Shown here: positions 25,757-37,440 of the stretch, in pieces
Layout of the letters: each line of letters starts with the position of its first letter
Position numbering within the stretch: position 1 is the stretch's first letter
Source: Mobula hypostoma
Lineage: Eukaryota
Direction of reading: 5' to 3'
DNA length: 64,000 nucleotides
Assembly: GCF_963921235.1 (NCBI RefSeq)
Contig: NC_086108.1
Span: forward strand, 110,052,001 to 110,116,000
Made by a program: the position numbers and the translations under genes
Notes under the pieces: generated by a model
Databases searched by the model: none
Seen by the model: only the letters and a program-made list of their open reading frames with translations
Told to the model about the DNA's origin: nothing

Positions 25757-26286
25757 TATAACTGGGTGACCGTCGGATCTTATTCAGTATTGTTAAAAGT
25801 GTACTTGGGCATTCATCTGGGTAATGCTAGAATAGTTGTCTGTGCCTTTATGGGAGAACGGTGATGTCATTACGCACGCGCGGGATACTGGGGAGACTAT
25901 TTTGCTTTCTGCTGAAGACGTGGTAGGGCGTTGGAAATTGGGTTCCTCCCGAGGCTGGGCATGGTGAGGAAAGATTTTCTTGAGTAAGTGACTCAACGCT
26001 GGATTGCATGGCTTGGGCAAAGTTCCTCACCAGCCAAGTAGGATTGCCACTACCGTATTTGTACCGTATTAGTTCTGGTATTTTTATACTGCATACGCAA
26101 TTCTGTCCATACACAAGGGTGTGAATCGGAAGTTAAACTGAGATTGTAATGGCAAGAACTGGTTGTAAATTCGTTCGTTCTGTTTCGCGACCCTCTACTG
26201 GCACTTAAACATCGAAAACCGACAAAGGAATTAAAACCCGAAAAAGTCTTTGTTGTCCTGAGTGTGTACTTTTTCCCCAGGTTACA
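25757..26286 (+). mobile_element. Gypsy-type solo LTR with 4-bp TSD
   Basis: TATAAC (TGTAAC-like)...GTTACA ends. caag is duplicated at 25753-25756 and 26287-26290. attaaa lies near the 3' end. Confidence 0.8.
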
Positions 26287-26314
26287 CAAGTAAACAAAAT
26301 AGTGAGGTAGTGCA

Positions 26315-26726
26315 CATGGCTGGGTGGTGGGTGGTGGATGGTGGGGTGGAGATACATCTCTACCAAAGGAGGTGTAGGATGCTCCTTCCCTCCGCTAGCC
26401 TGCAGATCACCCTTGGACAAGGTGTAATACCTGCTTAGACCCACGACGAGAGTCACATGAAGCCATGGGAGCAGGTGGTGGTTGGTTGCCTGAGCAGCTG
26501 GTGCACATCACACATCCTGGTTATGCGACCACTGACGCCAGGCAGACAATCTCTGCAGAGTATTGATAATGTCTGGGGTCACCCATCTTGTAAAGACACT
26601 GCGTAGAAGAAGGCAATGGTAAACCACTTGTAGAAAAATTTGCCAGTAACAATCACTTTCCTGGAAAGACCGCGATTGCCCATGTCATACAACACTGCAC
26701 ATAGTGATGATGATGATAATGATGAG
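26315..26726 (+). mobile_element. Short RTE-derived (BovA-like bipartite) element
   Basis: Contains gaagaaggcaatggtaaaccac (RTE/BovA 5' UTR motif, as recalled) and ends in a (tga)n tail. No ORF. Confidence 0.6.
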
Positions 26727-27559
26727 TGTTCATGGGTTCATTGTCCATTCCGAAATCTGATGGCAGAGGGGAAGAAGCATCCTCTGTAAGAAAGTTTGTA
26801 CATTCTTTCCATGTCTCCGTGGTATTCCTCTGGGTACTCTGGTTTTCTCCCACAGTCCAAAGGCATACCAGTTAGTAGGTCATTGTAAATTGACCTGTGA
26901 TTAGGTCAAATAGACGAGTTGTTTGGCAGAAGGGCCAACACTGTCTCTCTAAATAAAGAAACAATTGGGTGGAAAGTCCTGTTACTGTGCTGTATCTCTA
27001 AATTCCAAAGGCGTACAGGTTAATACATTGTGGGCATGCAGTGTTGGTGCAGGAAAGTAGGGCAACATTTGCCAACTGCCCCCAGTACATCCTCGGACTA
27101 TGTTGGTTGTTGACACAAATGACACAGTTTACTGAAGGTTTTGGTGTTTCAATGTACATGTGAACACAATAATAATAAAAACACAATAAATATAAATATC
27201 TAAGGAAACCTATCTGGGCCAGACAATATTTGATAGAAGATTAGTATAATTTAACATTGTGATGGGCTGAATGGCTTGTGAAGTTGTACAGTGCCATAGC
27301 TGCCCCCATTTGGATTTTTGTTTGAACGGAGTTGTTACACCTCTGTAGATTGCACAAAAAAGTAGTGGATATAGCCCAGGGCATCACGGGTAAAGCCCTC
27401 CCCACCATTGAGCATATCTACATGGAGCGCCGTTGCAGGAGGCAGTATCAATCATCAGGGACCCTCATCATCCAGCCCATGGCTCCTTCCCACTGCTGCC
27501 ATCAGGAAGAAGGTACGGGAGACTCCAGTTAAGGAAAAGATATTACCCAGAACTGAAAC

Positions 27560-28350
27560 GTAAAGTGGAATACAGTTTTGGGAAGTGCACGGTCATGGTC
27601 TTTGGTAGAAAAAATGAAAGGGTAGACAATTTTCTAAATGGGAGAGAAAATTCAAAATTCTGAGGTGCAAAGGAGCTAGGGAATCCTCGTGCAGGATTCC
27701 CTAAAGGTTAATTTGCAAGTTAAGTCTGTGGTGAGGAAGGCAAATGTCATGTTAGTATTCATTTCAAGAGGACTAGAATATAAAAGCAAGCATGTAATGC
27801 AGAAGCTTTATAAGGCATGGTGAGACCTCACGTGGAGTATTGTGAGCAGGTTTGGGCCAGTTATCTAAGAAAGAATGTGCTGAAACTGGAGAGGGTTCAA
27901 AGGAGCTTCACAAAAATGATTCCGGGATTGAAAGGCTTGTCACGTGAGGCGTGTTGATAGGTCTGGGCCTGTATCACTGGAATTCAAAAGAATGAGATGT
28001 GATCTCATTGAAATCCAACGAACGTTGAAAGGCCTTGATAGAGTGGATATGGAGAAGATGTTTCCTATGGTGGGAGAATCTAAGACCAGAGGACACAGTC
28101 TCAGAATAGAGGGAAGTCATTTAGAATGGAGATGAGCAGGAATTTCTTTAGGCAGGGAGTGGTGAATCTGTGGAATTTGTTGCCACCAGCAGCTGTGGAG
28201 GCCAAGTCATTGGGTATATTTAAGGTAGAGGTTGATAGATTCTTGACAGGTTATTGTGGCTGAGAGGGAAATGGAACAGCTATGATGAAATGGCGGAACA
28301 GACTGATGAGCCAAATAGCCTAATTCTGCTCCTATACCTTATGGTCTTAC
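27560..28350 (+). mobile_element. CR1 3' fragment
   Basis: Degenerate KANVML..ISRGLEYK, ERVQRSFTK and MRCDLIE...TRGHSLRI motifs. Confidence 0.85.
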
Positions 28351-28710
28351 AATCTAACCATCAGGCTCTTGAACCAGAGGGGATAACTTCACTCACCCCA
28401 ACAGTGAACTGTTCCCACAACCTATGGACTCATTTCCAAGGACTCTTCATCCCATGTTCTCTATATTTATTGCTTATTTATTTATTATATTATTATGATT
28501 TCTTTTTTTTTGTATTTGCACAGTTTGTTGTCTTCTACACGTTGGTTGTTCGTCCTGTTGGGTATAGATTCTATTGCATTTCTTTGTATTTGTAAATGCC
28601 CACAAGAAAATGAATCTCAGGGTTGTATATGATGTCATATATGTACTTCGAGAATAACTTTGCTTTGAACTTTGAACCTGTACGTTGACCTTTGATCTCT
28701 GCTTCATTTC

Positions 28711-28866
28711 CTTATTCCACACAACGATGCAGTGGGGGTAATGGTCATATTGATAACTTGTACTAATAGGGATCAAGGACTCCTCGGGGTTGGATATTAC
28801 CTAAACAATGAACACAATATTCCTGAGCTGCCAGAAAACCGTCTTGTCAAACCCCATTTCTCTAAA
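28711..28866 (+). pseudogene. asf1: ASF1 exon 3 remnant
   Basis: LIPHNDAVGVMVILITCTNRDQGLLGVGYYLNNEHNIPELPENRLVKPHFSK|gtaggg aligns without gaps over 52 codons to ASF1A LIPDADAVGVTVVLITCTYRGQEFIRVGYYVNNEYTETELRENPPVKPDFSK. The acceptor AG and first 7 codons (ADAPNPG) are missing after the pyrimidine tract. Confidence 0.93.
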
Positions 28867-28914
28867 GTAGGGACTTAAAACATAGAACGCAGCAAACAAG
28901 CTGAATGGGATCTA

Positions 28915-29645
28915 CACTCAGAGGCCATTAGGAACCTCCCGTATCTAGTAAAGTGGTCTCTGAGTGTGTGTTCGTGGTCTTCTGCTGCTGTAGCCCATCC
29001 ACCTCAAGGTTCGATGTGTTGTGCATTCAGAAATGCTCTTTTGCTCGGTATTGTTGTAATGTGTGGCGACTTAAGTTACTGTCACCTTCCTGTCAGCTTA
29101 AGAACATAAGAACATAAGAAATAAGAGCAGGAGTAGACCATCTGGTCCACCGAGCCTGCTCTGCCATTCAGTAAGATCATGGCTGATCTGGCCATGATCA
29201 TCTCCACCTACCTGCCTTTTCCCCACAACCCTTAATTCCCGTGCTGTGCAACAATTCCCCTATTACGGTTTGAACCAGTCCAATATTTCTCCTCTGACCT
29301 CTCTCATTAACAAGACATTTTCACCCACAGAACTGCCACTAATTGGATGTTTTTTGTTTCTTGCACCATTCTCCCTAAACTCTAGAAATTGTTATGCATG
29401 AAAATCTCAGGAGATCAGCAGTTTCTGAGATACTCAAACCACCTCGTCTGGCACCAACGATCATTCCATGGTCAAAGTCACTTAAATCACATTTCTTCCT
29501 CATTCTGATGCTTGGTCTAAATAACAACTGAACCTCTTGACCATGTCTGCATGGTTTTATGCATTGATTTGCTGCCATATGATTGGCTGATTAGACATTT
29601 GCAGGTCTGCAGGTGTTCTGTACCTAATAAAGTGGCCACCTAGTG
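28915..29645 (-). mobile_element. Non-autonomous Tc1/mariner element with TA TSD (CR1 tail inserted at ~29100-29250)
   Basis: ta-cactcagaggcca.../...taataaagtggccacctagtg-ta termini. HTH remnant DLSDFDHGMIVGARRGGLSISETADLL (ORF 29375..29578). Second copy at ~40590-41030. Confidence 0.85.
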
Positions 29646-30019
29646 TATGTGATGAAAGGTTATGTAAAACTACCACAACAGGCACTTTGTCGCCTTTCAC
29701 TAAGGATGAAATCAAAAGGATAACAATATAGATACTTTATTGATCCCAAAGGAAATTACAGCTAAAAGTATACAAAATGCTGAAAGAACTCAGCAGGTCA
29801 GGCAACATCTATGGAAGATGATCAATAGTCAACATTTCAGGCAAAGACCCTTCCTCAATAATCAGCTGGAAATGTAACTTCATTCCTCTCCATAGATGCT
29901 GCATGAACTGCTGGTTTCTCCCTCATTTTCTGGGTGTTACTCTAGATTTCCATCATCTTTTGTGTTTAGGATGACAATATACTACTCAGTGGCCACTTTA
30001 TAAGGTACACTTGCTTGCA

Positions 30020-30630
30020 CAAAAACAGGTCCTTCAGTCTATCTAGTCTGTGCTGAACCATTAATCTGCTTAGTCCCATTGACTTGCACCCCGACTATAG
30101 CCTCCTATACCTCTCCCTTCCATGTACCTATCCTGCCTTCTCAAATGTTGAAATCGAACCCACATCCACCATTTCCACTGGCAGATCATTCCACGCTCTC
30201 ACTACCCTCTGAGTGAAGAAGTTCCCCCTCATGTTCCCCTGAAACATTTCACCTTTCACCCTTAACCTATGACATTTAGTCTCATCCAACCTCAATGGAA
30301 AAAGCTTGCTTGCATTTACCCTATCTATACCCCTCTATCAAATCTCTCCTCAATCTCCTATGCTACAGGGAATAAAGTTCTAACTTATTCAACTTTTCGC
30401 TGTAACTCAGGCTCTCAGGTCCTGGTAACATTCTTGTCAATTTTCTCTGCACTCTTTCAATCTTATTGACATCTTTCCTGTAGGTGACTAAAACTGCAGA
30501 CAGTACTCCAAATGAGGCATCATCAATGTTTTATACAACTTCACAATAACATCCCAACTCCTGTACTCAATACTCTGATTTCTGAAAGCTAGTGTTGCAA
30601 TCACTCTCCTTACGACCCTATCTACCTGAC
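30020..30630 (-). mobile_element. CR1 3' fragment
   Basis: Homologous to 36380-37440. Confidence 0.8.
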
Positions 30631-30727
30631 CCTACCTACATAATCTGTGTTGCCTGCTTGTTTCCAGGTCTTCACATGAATGATGAGGTGGGAATAATAT
30701 TTAAACCATCCACACTGTTCTCTGCAG

Positions 30728-30928
30728 CTTCAGGAAACACTGGCATCAAATCCATGTGTTACGCAGTTCCACATCAACTGGGATGAGAGCAGTGAAAAGA
30801 CAGAGGACACTGACCACACAGACATGGTCTCTATTCTTTCCATGAGCACATTGTCCTCAGATTCAACCAACTTGACTGTGCTGGCAAACTCTCTGAGTGC
30901 AGTGGACACCCCTATGGACTGCCTGTGA
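30728..30928 (+). pseudogene. asf1: ASF1 exon 4 (terminal coding exon) remnant
   Basis: Acceptor ttctctgcag, then LQETLASNPCVTQFHINWDESSEKTED...ANSLSAVDTPMDCL* versus ASF1A LQRNILASNPRVTRFHINWEDNTEKLED...ENSLNVMLESHMDCM*. Confidence 0.93.
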
Positions 30929-31044
30929 GTGTGTATCACAGAAACAGACTGAAAACCCCCCATACACTCAGCAGCATCACATCTTACTGTGTTCCAAAGG
31001 TTTCAGTGGAAGTCTGCAAAAACAAGTTTATTTAATTTTTTATA

Positions 31045-31720
31045 TTAGATTATGAGGACAAGCAGTCCTCTTTTATTGTCATTTAGTAACGCATGCATTA
31101 AGAAATGATACGATATTTCCTCCAGTGTGATATCACAGAAACACAAGACAGACCAAGACTGAAAAACTGACAAAAACCACATAATTATAACATATAGTTA
31201 CAACAGTGCAAGCAATACCGTAATTTGATAAAGAACAGACCATGGGCACAGTAAAAAAAGTCTCAAAGTCTCTCAAAAGTCCCAACATCTCACGCAGACG
31301 GTAGAAGGAAGAAAACTGTCTGCCATGAGCTTCCAGCACCGCAAACTTGCCGATGCAGCATCCTGGAAGCACCTGACCACAGCCCGACTCTCAGTCCGTC
31401 TGAAAACTTCAAGCCTCTGACCAGCCTTCCGACACCGAGCACTGAGCACCATTTCTGCCGAGCGCTTCGAACCCATCCCCAGCCGCCAGCAACAGGCAAA
31501 GCCGAGGATTTGGGGCCTTCCCTTCCGGAGATTCTCGATTGCACAGTAGCAGCGGCAGTGAACCGGGCATTTCAGAAGTTTCTCCAGATGTTCCTCCGTG
31601 CTCTCACGTCCGTCTCCATCAAATCAGGATTGTGCACGGCCCCTAGTTAACAAATACTATATCATTTCACCGGAGAGGCCGCGTACACTGCGTCGTGTTG
31701 CCATCTTCTCCTCCCTCTAA
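31045..31720 (-). mobile_element. Non-autonomous CpG-rich retro-repeat, full-length copy
   Basis: Minus strand starts ttagagggaggagaagatggc and ends tgacaataaa...cataatctaat, matching 12861-13478. Confidence 0.78.
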
Positions 31721-31954
31721 GTTTTTAAGATAAAAACTGAAGATTAAATGGGATTAGTGTCACTGGGTGGGCTGAAGGGTCTGTCTTCAAGTGGTGTGAC
31801 TCGGAATAGTTGTACAGATACTTGTGAAAAACTCCACATTTTCAAAGAGAAATTGTTCATACTGGTCTTTGCAGGTTGGATTAAGTAGAGAGAGCTGGGA
31901 ATTCTGTGCAGGCACTTGTTATTTGTAGTCGCAAGGGAGTAGATGCAAAGATCA

Positions 31955-32262
31955 AACTCTCTCGCTCTCAGACACACACACACACCTATCTCTCTCTCAA
32001 ATGCACACACAACTCTCTCTCACACTCATCCATTATCTCTCACTCTCTATATCTCCATCTCAGTCTTTCTAACCCCACTTCTCTCTTTATCAATCTCTCT
32101 TTCTCTCTCACATTCTCACTGTCTCTCTAACTCTTTCCCACTCACTCTCTCCTCCCTCTCACACACCTCTCTCCCTCTCTCTATCTCTCTCACTTTCTCT
32201 ATCTCTCTAACCCCACTTCTCTCTATATATATATCTATCTATCTCTCACTCTCTCTATCTCT
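31955..32262. repeat. (CT)n/(CA)n-rich low-complexity tract
   Basis: Directly visible. Confidence 0.9.
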
Positions 32263-32817
32263 AAACATATTTAAAAAAACAACAAACAGGACAACACAGG
32301 ATATTCTGCTGAAATATTTAAAACAATGACTCCTAATTAATCTAATCGGTCTTCCCCTGCCCTGTGTATTCACGTGCCTGTCTAAGAATCTCTAATCTAA
32401 CCTATGCTATCCAGCTCTACCAGCAGCCCCAGCAGCACGTTCCAGGCACATATCATTCTCTGTTAAAAAGAACAGTTTGCTATATGCATCTATTTCATAC
32501 TTTCCCCCCCTCAACGTAAATGTGTGTCTCCTGCTACTGGGCAATACTGAGTCCATAGTGCTGGGTCACCGATAAGTGAGGGGAATAGATGTCCTGTTCC
32601 TCTCCCTAATAACACACCCTGACACCTTTAAAAATCTGAGTACATACACCCCAAGAACACACACTTCCAAGATTCAAGGTTCAGAATTGTTCAATGTCAT
32701 TTCCTGTACACATGTAAAGGAGAACAAAATAATTGTTACTCTGGTTTTGATAACAGCACAAAAAGCACAATAAGATAAAGAACACAATTATAAAAAAAAA
32801 CAATAAATATAAATATG

Positions 32818-33528
32818 CAAACACGAGGAATTCTGCAGATGCTGGAATTTCAATCAACACACATCAGAGTTGCTGGTGAATGCAGCAGGCCAGGCAGCAT
32901 CTCTAGGAAGATGTACAGTCGATGTTTCGGGCTGAGACCCTTCGTCAGGACTAACTGAAGGAAGAGATAGTAAGAGATTTGAAAGCGGGAGGGGGAGGGG
33001 GAGATCCAAAATGATAGGAGAAGACAGGAGGGGGAGGGATGGAGCCGAGAGCTGGACAGGTGATTGGCAAAAGGGATATGAGAGGATCAGGGGACAGGAG
33101 GCCCAGAGAGAAGGAAAAGGGGGAGGGGGGAAAACCCAGAGGATGGGCAAGGGGTATAGTCAGAGGGACAGAGGGAGAAAAAGGAGAGTGAGAGAAAGAA
33201 TGTGTTTATATAAATAAATAACGGATGGGGTACGAGGGGGAGGTGGGGCATTAGCGGAAGTTAGAGAAGTCGATGGTCATGCCATCAGGTTGGAGACTAC
33301 CCAGACGGAATATAAGGTGTTGTTCCTCCAGCCTGAGTGTGGCTTCATCTTTACAGTAGAGGAGGCCATGGATAGACATGTCAGAATGGGAATGGGATGT
33401 GGAATTAAAATGTGTGGCCACTGGGAGATCCTGCTTTCTCTGGCGGACAGAGCGTAGGTGTTCAGCAAAGCGGTCTCCCAGACTGCGTTGGGTCTCGCCA
33501 ATATATAAAAGGCCACATCGGGAGCACC
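32818..33528 (-). mobile_element. 5'-truncated Penelope-like element
   Basis: ORF 33251..33625 has CSRCGLLYIGET...DFSNFR. The tail is near-identical to 660-1051, with a hammerhead motif at ~32917-32952. Confidence 0.9.
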
Positions 33529-34009
33529 CTCTGTGTGTTCTTTTTTGCAGCAGTACAGTGCAATACATAAAATTACTACAGTAAATTACTACAGCAATAC
33601 ATAAAATTACTACAGTACTGTGCAAAAGTCTTAGGCACCCTAGCTACACATATATGACTCTAAAACCTTAGCACAGTAATGTATTTAACATTTCCACCCT
33701 GGGGAAAAAAGATTCCCCACTTGATCTCTGCCCTTCATCAGTTTATTCCCTGTGAGAAGTGTCCATATGAATGGATGACTTTTTTCCACTTCATCAATAT
33801 TCTCAGTCCAACATATTTGGCTTGCATTATCAGTTGTCATAATTCTTTGTTTCCCAAGTTCAACTGGAGTTTTAAGTCTGTCACTGCTCCTTCCTGGAAT
33901 GTAATGAGCCCTTATGTTTGAGGTATGGAACAGCGAAGAAAATATCTGACTCAAGGTCCCAGTACAAAGGACAGACCCTGATGGGAGTTACATACAGTTA
34001 CTGCCCCCG

Positions 34010-35590
34010 AACAGTAGCCAGGATGTGTGATACAAATTTCATTTGAAAAGACATGTCAAAAGGGCAATGTTACGATAGTCATGGGGGATTTCAATATGCA
34101 GGGAGATTGGGAAAATCCGGTTGGTGCTGGATCCCAAGAGAGGGAATTTATAGAATGCCTATGAGATGGCATTTTAGAGCAGCTTGTGGTTGAGCCCACT
34201 AGGGGATTGGGTGTTATGTAATGAATCAGGCTTGCTTAGGAGCTTAAGGTAAAGGAACCCTGGGGAGACAGTGATCTTATATGATGTGAATATGAAAGAT
34301 TCCATGTGAATTCTATCATATGGAATCCATACCATAGAATTCACCCTGCAGTTTGATAGGGAGAAGATAAAGTCAGATGTATCGAACACAAAATACTGTA
34401 GGAATTCAGCAGGTCCTGCTGGAGGGTCTTGGCCCGAAACATCAGCTGTACTCTTTTCCATAGATGCCGGCCTGCTGAGTTCCTCCAGCATTTTGTGTGT
34501 GTTGCTCAGATTTCCAACACCTGCAAATCTTCTCTTGTTTCGGAGTATCAAGTTTGCAGATAATACAGAAATAGGTGGAGGGGCAGGTATAACTGAGGAG
34601 GCAGGGGTCTGCAGAATCACATAGACAGATTGGGGAAATGGTCAAAGAAGGGGCAGATGGAATATAGTGTACAGAGGTGTATGGTCATGCACTTAGAAAG
34701 GATAAAGGCGTAGACTGTTTTCTAAACAGGGAGAAAATTCAAAAACAGAGGTACAAAGGGACTTGGGAGTCCCTGTGCAAGATTCATAGAAACATAGAAA
34801 ACCTACAGCACAATACAGGCCATTCGGCCCACAAAGCTGTGCCGAACATGTCCTTATCATAGAAATTACCTAGGGTTACTCATAGCTCTCTATTTTTCTA
34901 AGCTCCATGTACCTATCCAGGAGTCTCTTAAAAGGTGTTAACTTTCAGATTGCGGGTTGGGCCAGTGGTAAGGAAGGCAAATGCATTGTTAACATTCATT
35001 TCAAGTGGACTAGAATATAAGAGCAAGGATGTAATGCTAAGGCTTTAAGAGGCATTGGTCAGACCACATTAAAAGTATTGTGAGCGGTTTTGGACTCCTA
35101 CTTTAAGAAAAATTGGAGAAGGTCCGGGGGAGATTCACAAGAATAATTCCGGGAATGAAAGGGTTAATGTAGGAGGCTCTGGGCCTGTACTCACTGGAGT
35201 TTAGAAGAATGAGGGGGAATCCCATTGAAACCTATTGAATATTGAAAACCCTAGGCAGAGTGGATGTGGAGGGGATGTTTTCTTTCATGGGTGAGTCTAG
35301 GACCAGCGGGCATGTCCTCAGAATAAAGGGACGTCCATTTAGAAGAGAGATGACAAGAAATTTCTTTAGCCAGAGGGTGGTGAATATAGGAACTCATTGC
35401 CCTGGCCAAGTCATTGAGTATATTTAAAGTGGATGTTGACAGATTTTTGGTTCGTAAGGACACCAAAGGTTATGGGGAGAAGGCAGGAGAATGGGATTGA
35501 GAGGGATAATAAATCAGCCGTGATGAAATGGCAGAGCAGACCTGATGGGCCGAATGGCCTTATTCTGCTCCTATGTTTATAGTCTTATTC
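34010..35590 (+). mobile_element. Several CR1 ORF2 fragments with nested PLE-derived short repeat and inverted CR1 tail
   Basis: IVMGDFN (EN) near 34075, KFADNT near 34550, and RTSGH...FFSQRVVN in ORF 35242..35427. Confidence 0.8.
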
Positions 35591-36379
35591 AGATTCAAAT
35601 TCATTAATTAATCACATGTACACAGTGAAATGTGTTGTTTCCATTAACAACCAACACAACTAAGGATGTGCTGGGGCAGCCCACGAGTATCACCACACAT
35701 TCTGGTGCGACCATAGCAAGTCCACAATACTTAGCAGAACAACACAGAACACAGCAAAATGACAACGGCAAAATAAGCCCCTTTCCTCCCTCCCAGCCAC
35801 ACAGACAGTCCTCCAGCTCCAGACTCCAGTATCCAGGATTCGGCCATCAGGCTTCAAATTCCAGACATCCAATTGACCTTCCAATTCCAGCTCTCATCTT
35901 TGGCATCGACTCCTGGACTAGCCGATGGTGGGACCCCAAATTCCAGGCGCGCCGAATAACCAGTGTTTGTGCCTCTTCATGCCTCCTACTCAAAGGGCCT
36001 CCTGGTCACCTGCTTTCAAGCATGGAACAAAGGCTTGGACTATGGTTGCCTTTCATCACCATACCAAGATGTTGGCCTTTGAACAGGGAGTGGAGGCTTG
36101 GATTGTGGATGTGCTTCCTTACCCATCCACGTTACTGGGCTTTGAGCACATAACAGAGGCCTAGGCAGCAGATGGCTTTCATTACTGAATCATGCCACTG
36201 GCCTTCTTGCGTGATGTGGAGACCTGGACTGCAGGCAGCTTTCCCTCTAATCACCTTGTACTGTTGAGTGGACCAACCATTGCTCTGCGCAGGAAACTTT
36301 TACGCGGCCTGAAAACTTTTTTTTTTAGTAATATGAATACTATGAATATTTAGAATGAAAATTTATAAATCGCATGGAG

Positions 36380-37440
36380 TCATTGAAAAGTACAGCACAG
36401 AAACAAACCCCTCAATCCATCTAGTCCATGACAACAACATTTAACCTGCCTACTCCCATCGACCTGCACCAGGACCATAGCCCCCCATACCCCTGCTATC
36501 CATGTACCTATCCAAACTTCACTTAATCATTGAAATTGAGCTCACATGCACCACATGTGCTGGCAGCTCATTCCACTCTCTCATCACTCTCATCATCATG
36601 AGTTTTCCCTCATGTTCCCCTTAAACGTTTCACCTTTCACCTTTAATCCACGATGTCTGGTTGTGGTCCCACCAAACCTCAGTGGAAAAAGTCTGCTTGC
36701 CTTTCCATACCCTTCATAATTCTGTATACCCCTATCAAATCTCCTCTCAATCTTTTACATTCTAAGGAATAAGTCCTAGCCTATTCAATCTTTCCTTGTA
36801 GCTCAGGTCCTCCTGACCCGGCAATATTCTTGAAAATTTTCTCTGAACTCTTTCAACCTTGTTAGCGTCTCTCCTGTAGGTAGGAGACCAAATATGCATG
36901 CAATACTCCAAATTAGGCCTCACCAACATCTTATACAACTTCAACATAACATCCCATCTCCTGTACTCAGTACTTTTATTTATGAAGACCAATGTGTCAA
37001 AAGCTCTCTTTAAGACTCCATCTACCTGTGCCTCCACTTTGAATGAATTATGGATCTGTATTCCCAGATCCCTTTGTTCTACCACACTCTTCAGTGCTTT
37101 TCCATTCACTGTGTAAGACCAACCCTGGCTGGTCCTACTGAAATGCAACGCCTCACATTTGTCTGCATTAAATTCCATCTGACATTTTTCAGCCCATTTT
37201 TCCAGCTGGTCCAACTCCTACTGCAAGCCATGATAGTCTTCCTCACTATCCACTTAAACCCCCAATCCTGATGTCATCCACAAATTTGCCAGTTAACAAC
37301 ATTATCATACAGATCATTGATCTAGATGACAACAACAGACCCAGCACCGATCCCTCTGGCACATCACTTGTCACACGTCTCCAGTCAGAGAAGCAACCAT
37401 ATACTACCACTCTGGCTTCTCCCACAAAGCCTATATCTAA
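36380..37440 (-). mobile_element. CR1 3' part
   Basis: ORF 36762..37214: WAEKCQMEFNADKC...RDLGIQ...LVRPNLEYC. Confidence 0.9.

Larger units (their letters stand above)
12418..30928 (+). pseudogene. asf1: Unprocessed (intron-retaining) ASF1 histone chaperone pseudogene, ASF1A-like, exons 2-4
   Basis: Three colinear + strand segments match consecutive parts of vertebrate ASF1 and break at the recalled ASF1A exon junctions. Disabling lesions are present in exons 2 and 3. Confidence 0.9.

Noticed and set aside
25860..25995. Apparent host promoter and first exon (CpG cluster, ATG, gtaagt)
   Set aside because: It lies within a TSD-flanked solo LTR and does not encode the ASF1 N-terminus.
28474..28800. 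Minus-strand exon-like ORF (VISNPEESLIPISTSYQYDHYPHCIVVW...)
   Set aside because: It is the antisense shadow of ASF1 exon 3 on the + strand.
30730..30963. Minus-strand ORF MGGFQSV...
   Set aside because: It is the antisense shadow of ASF1 exon 4.
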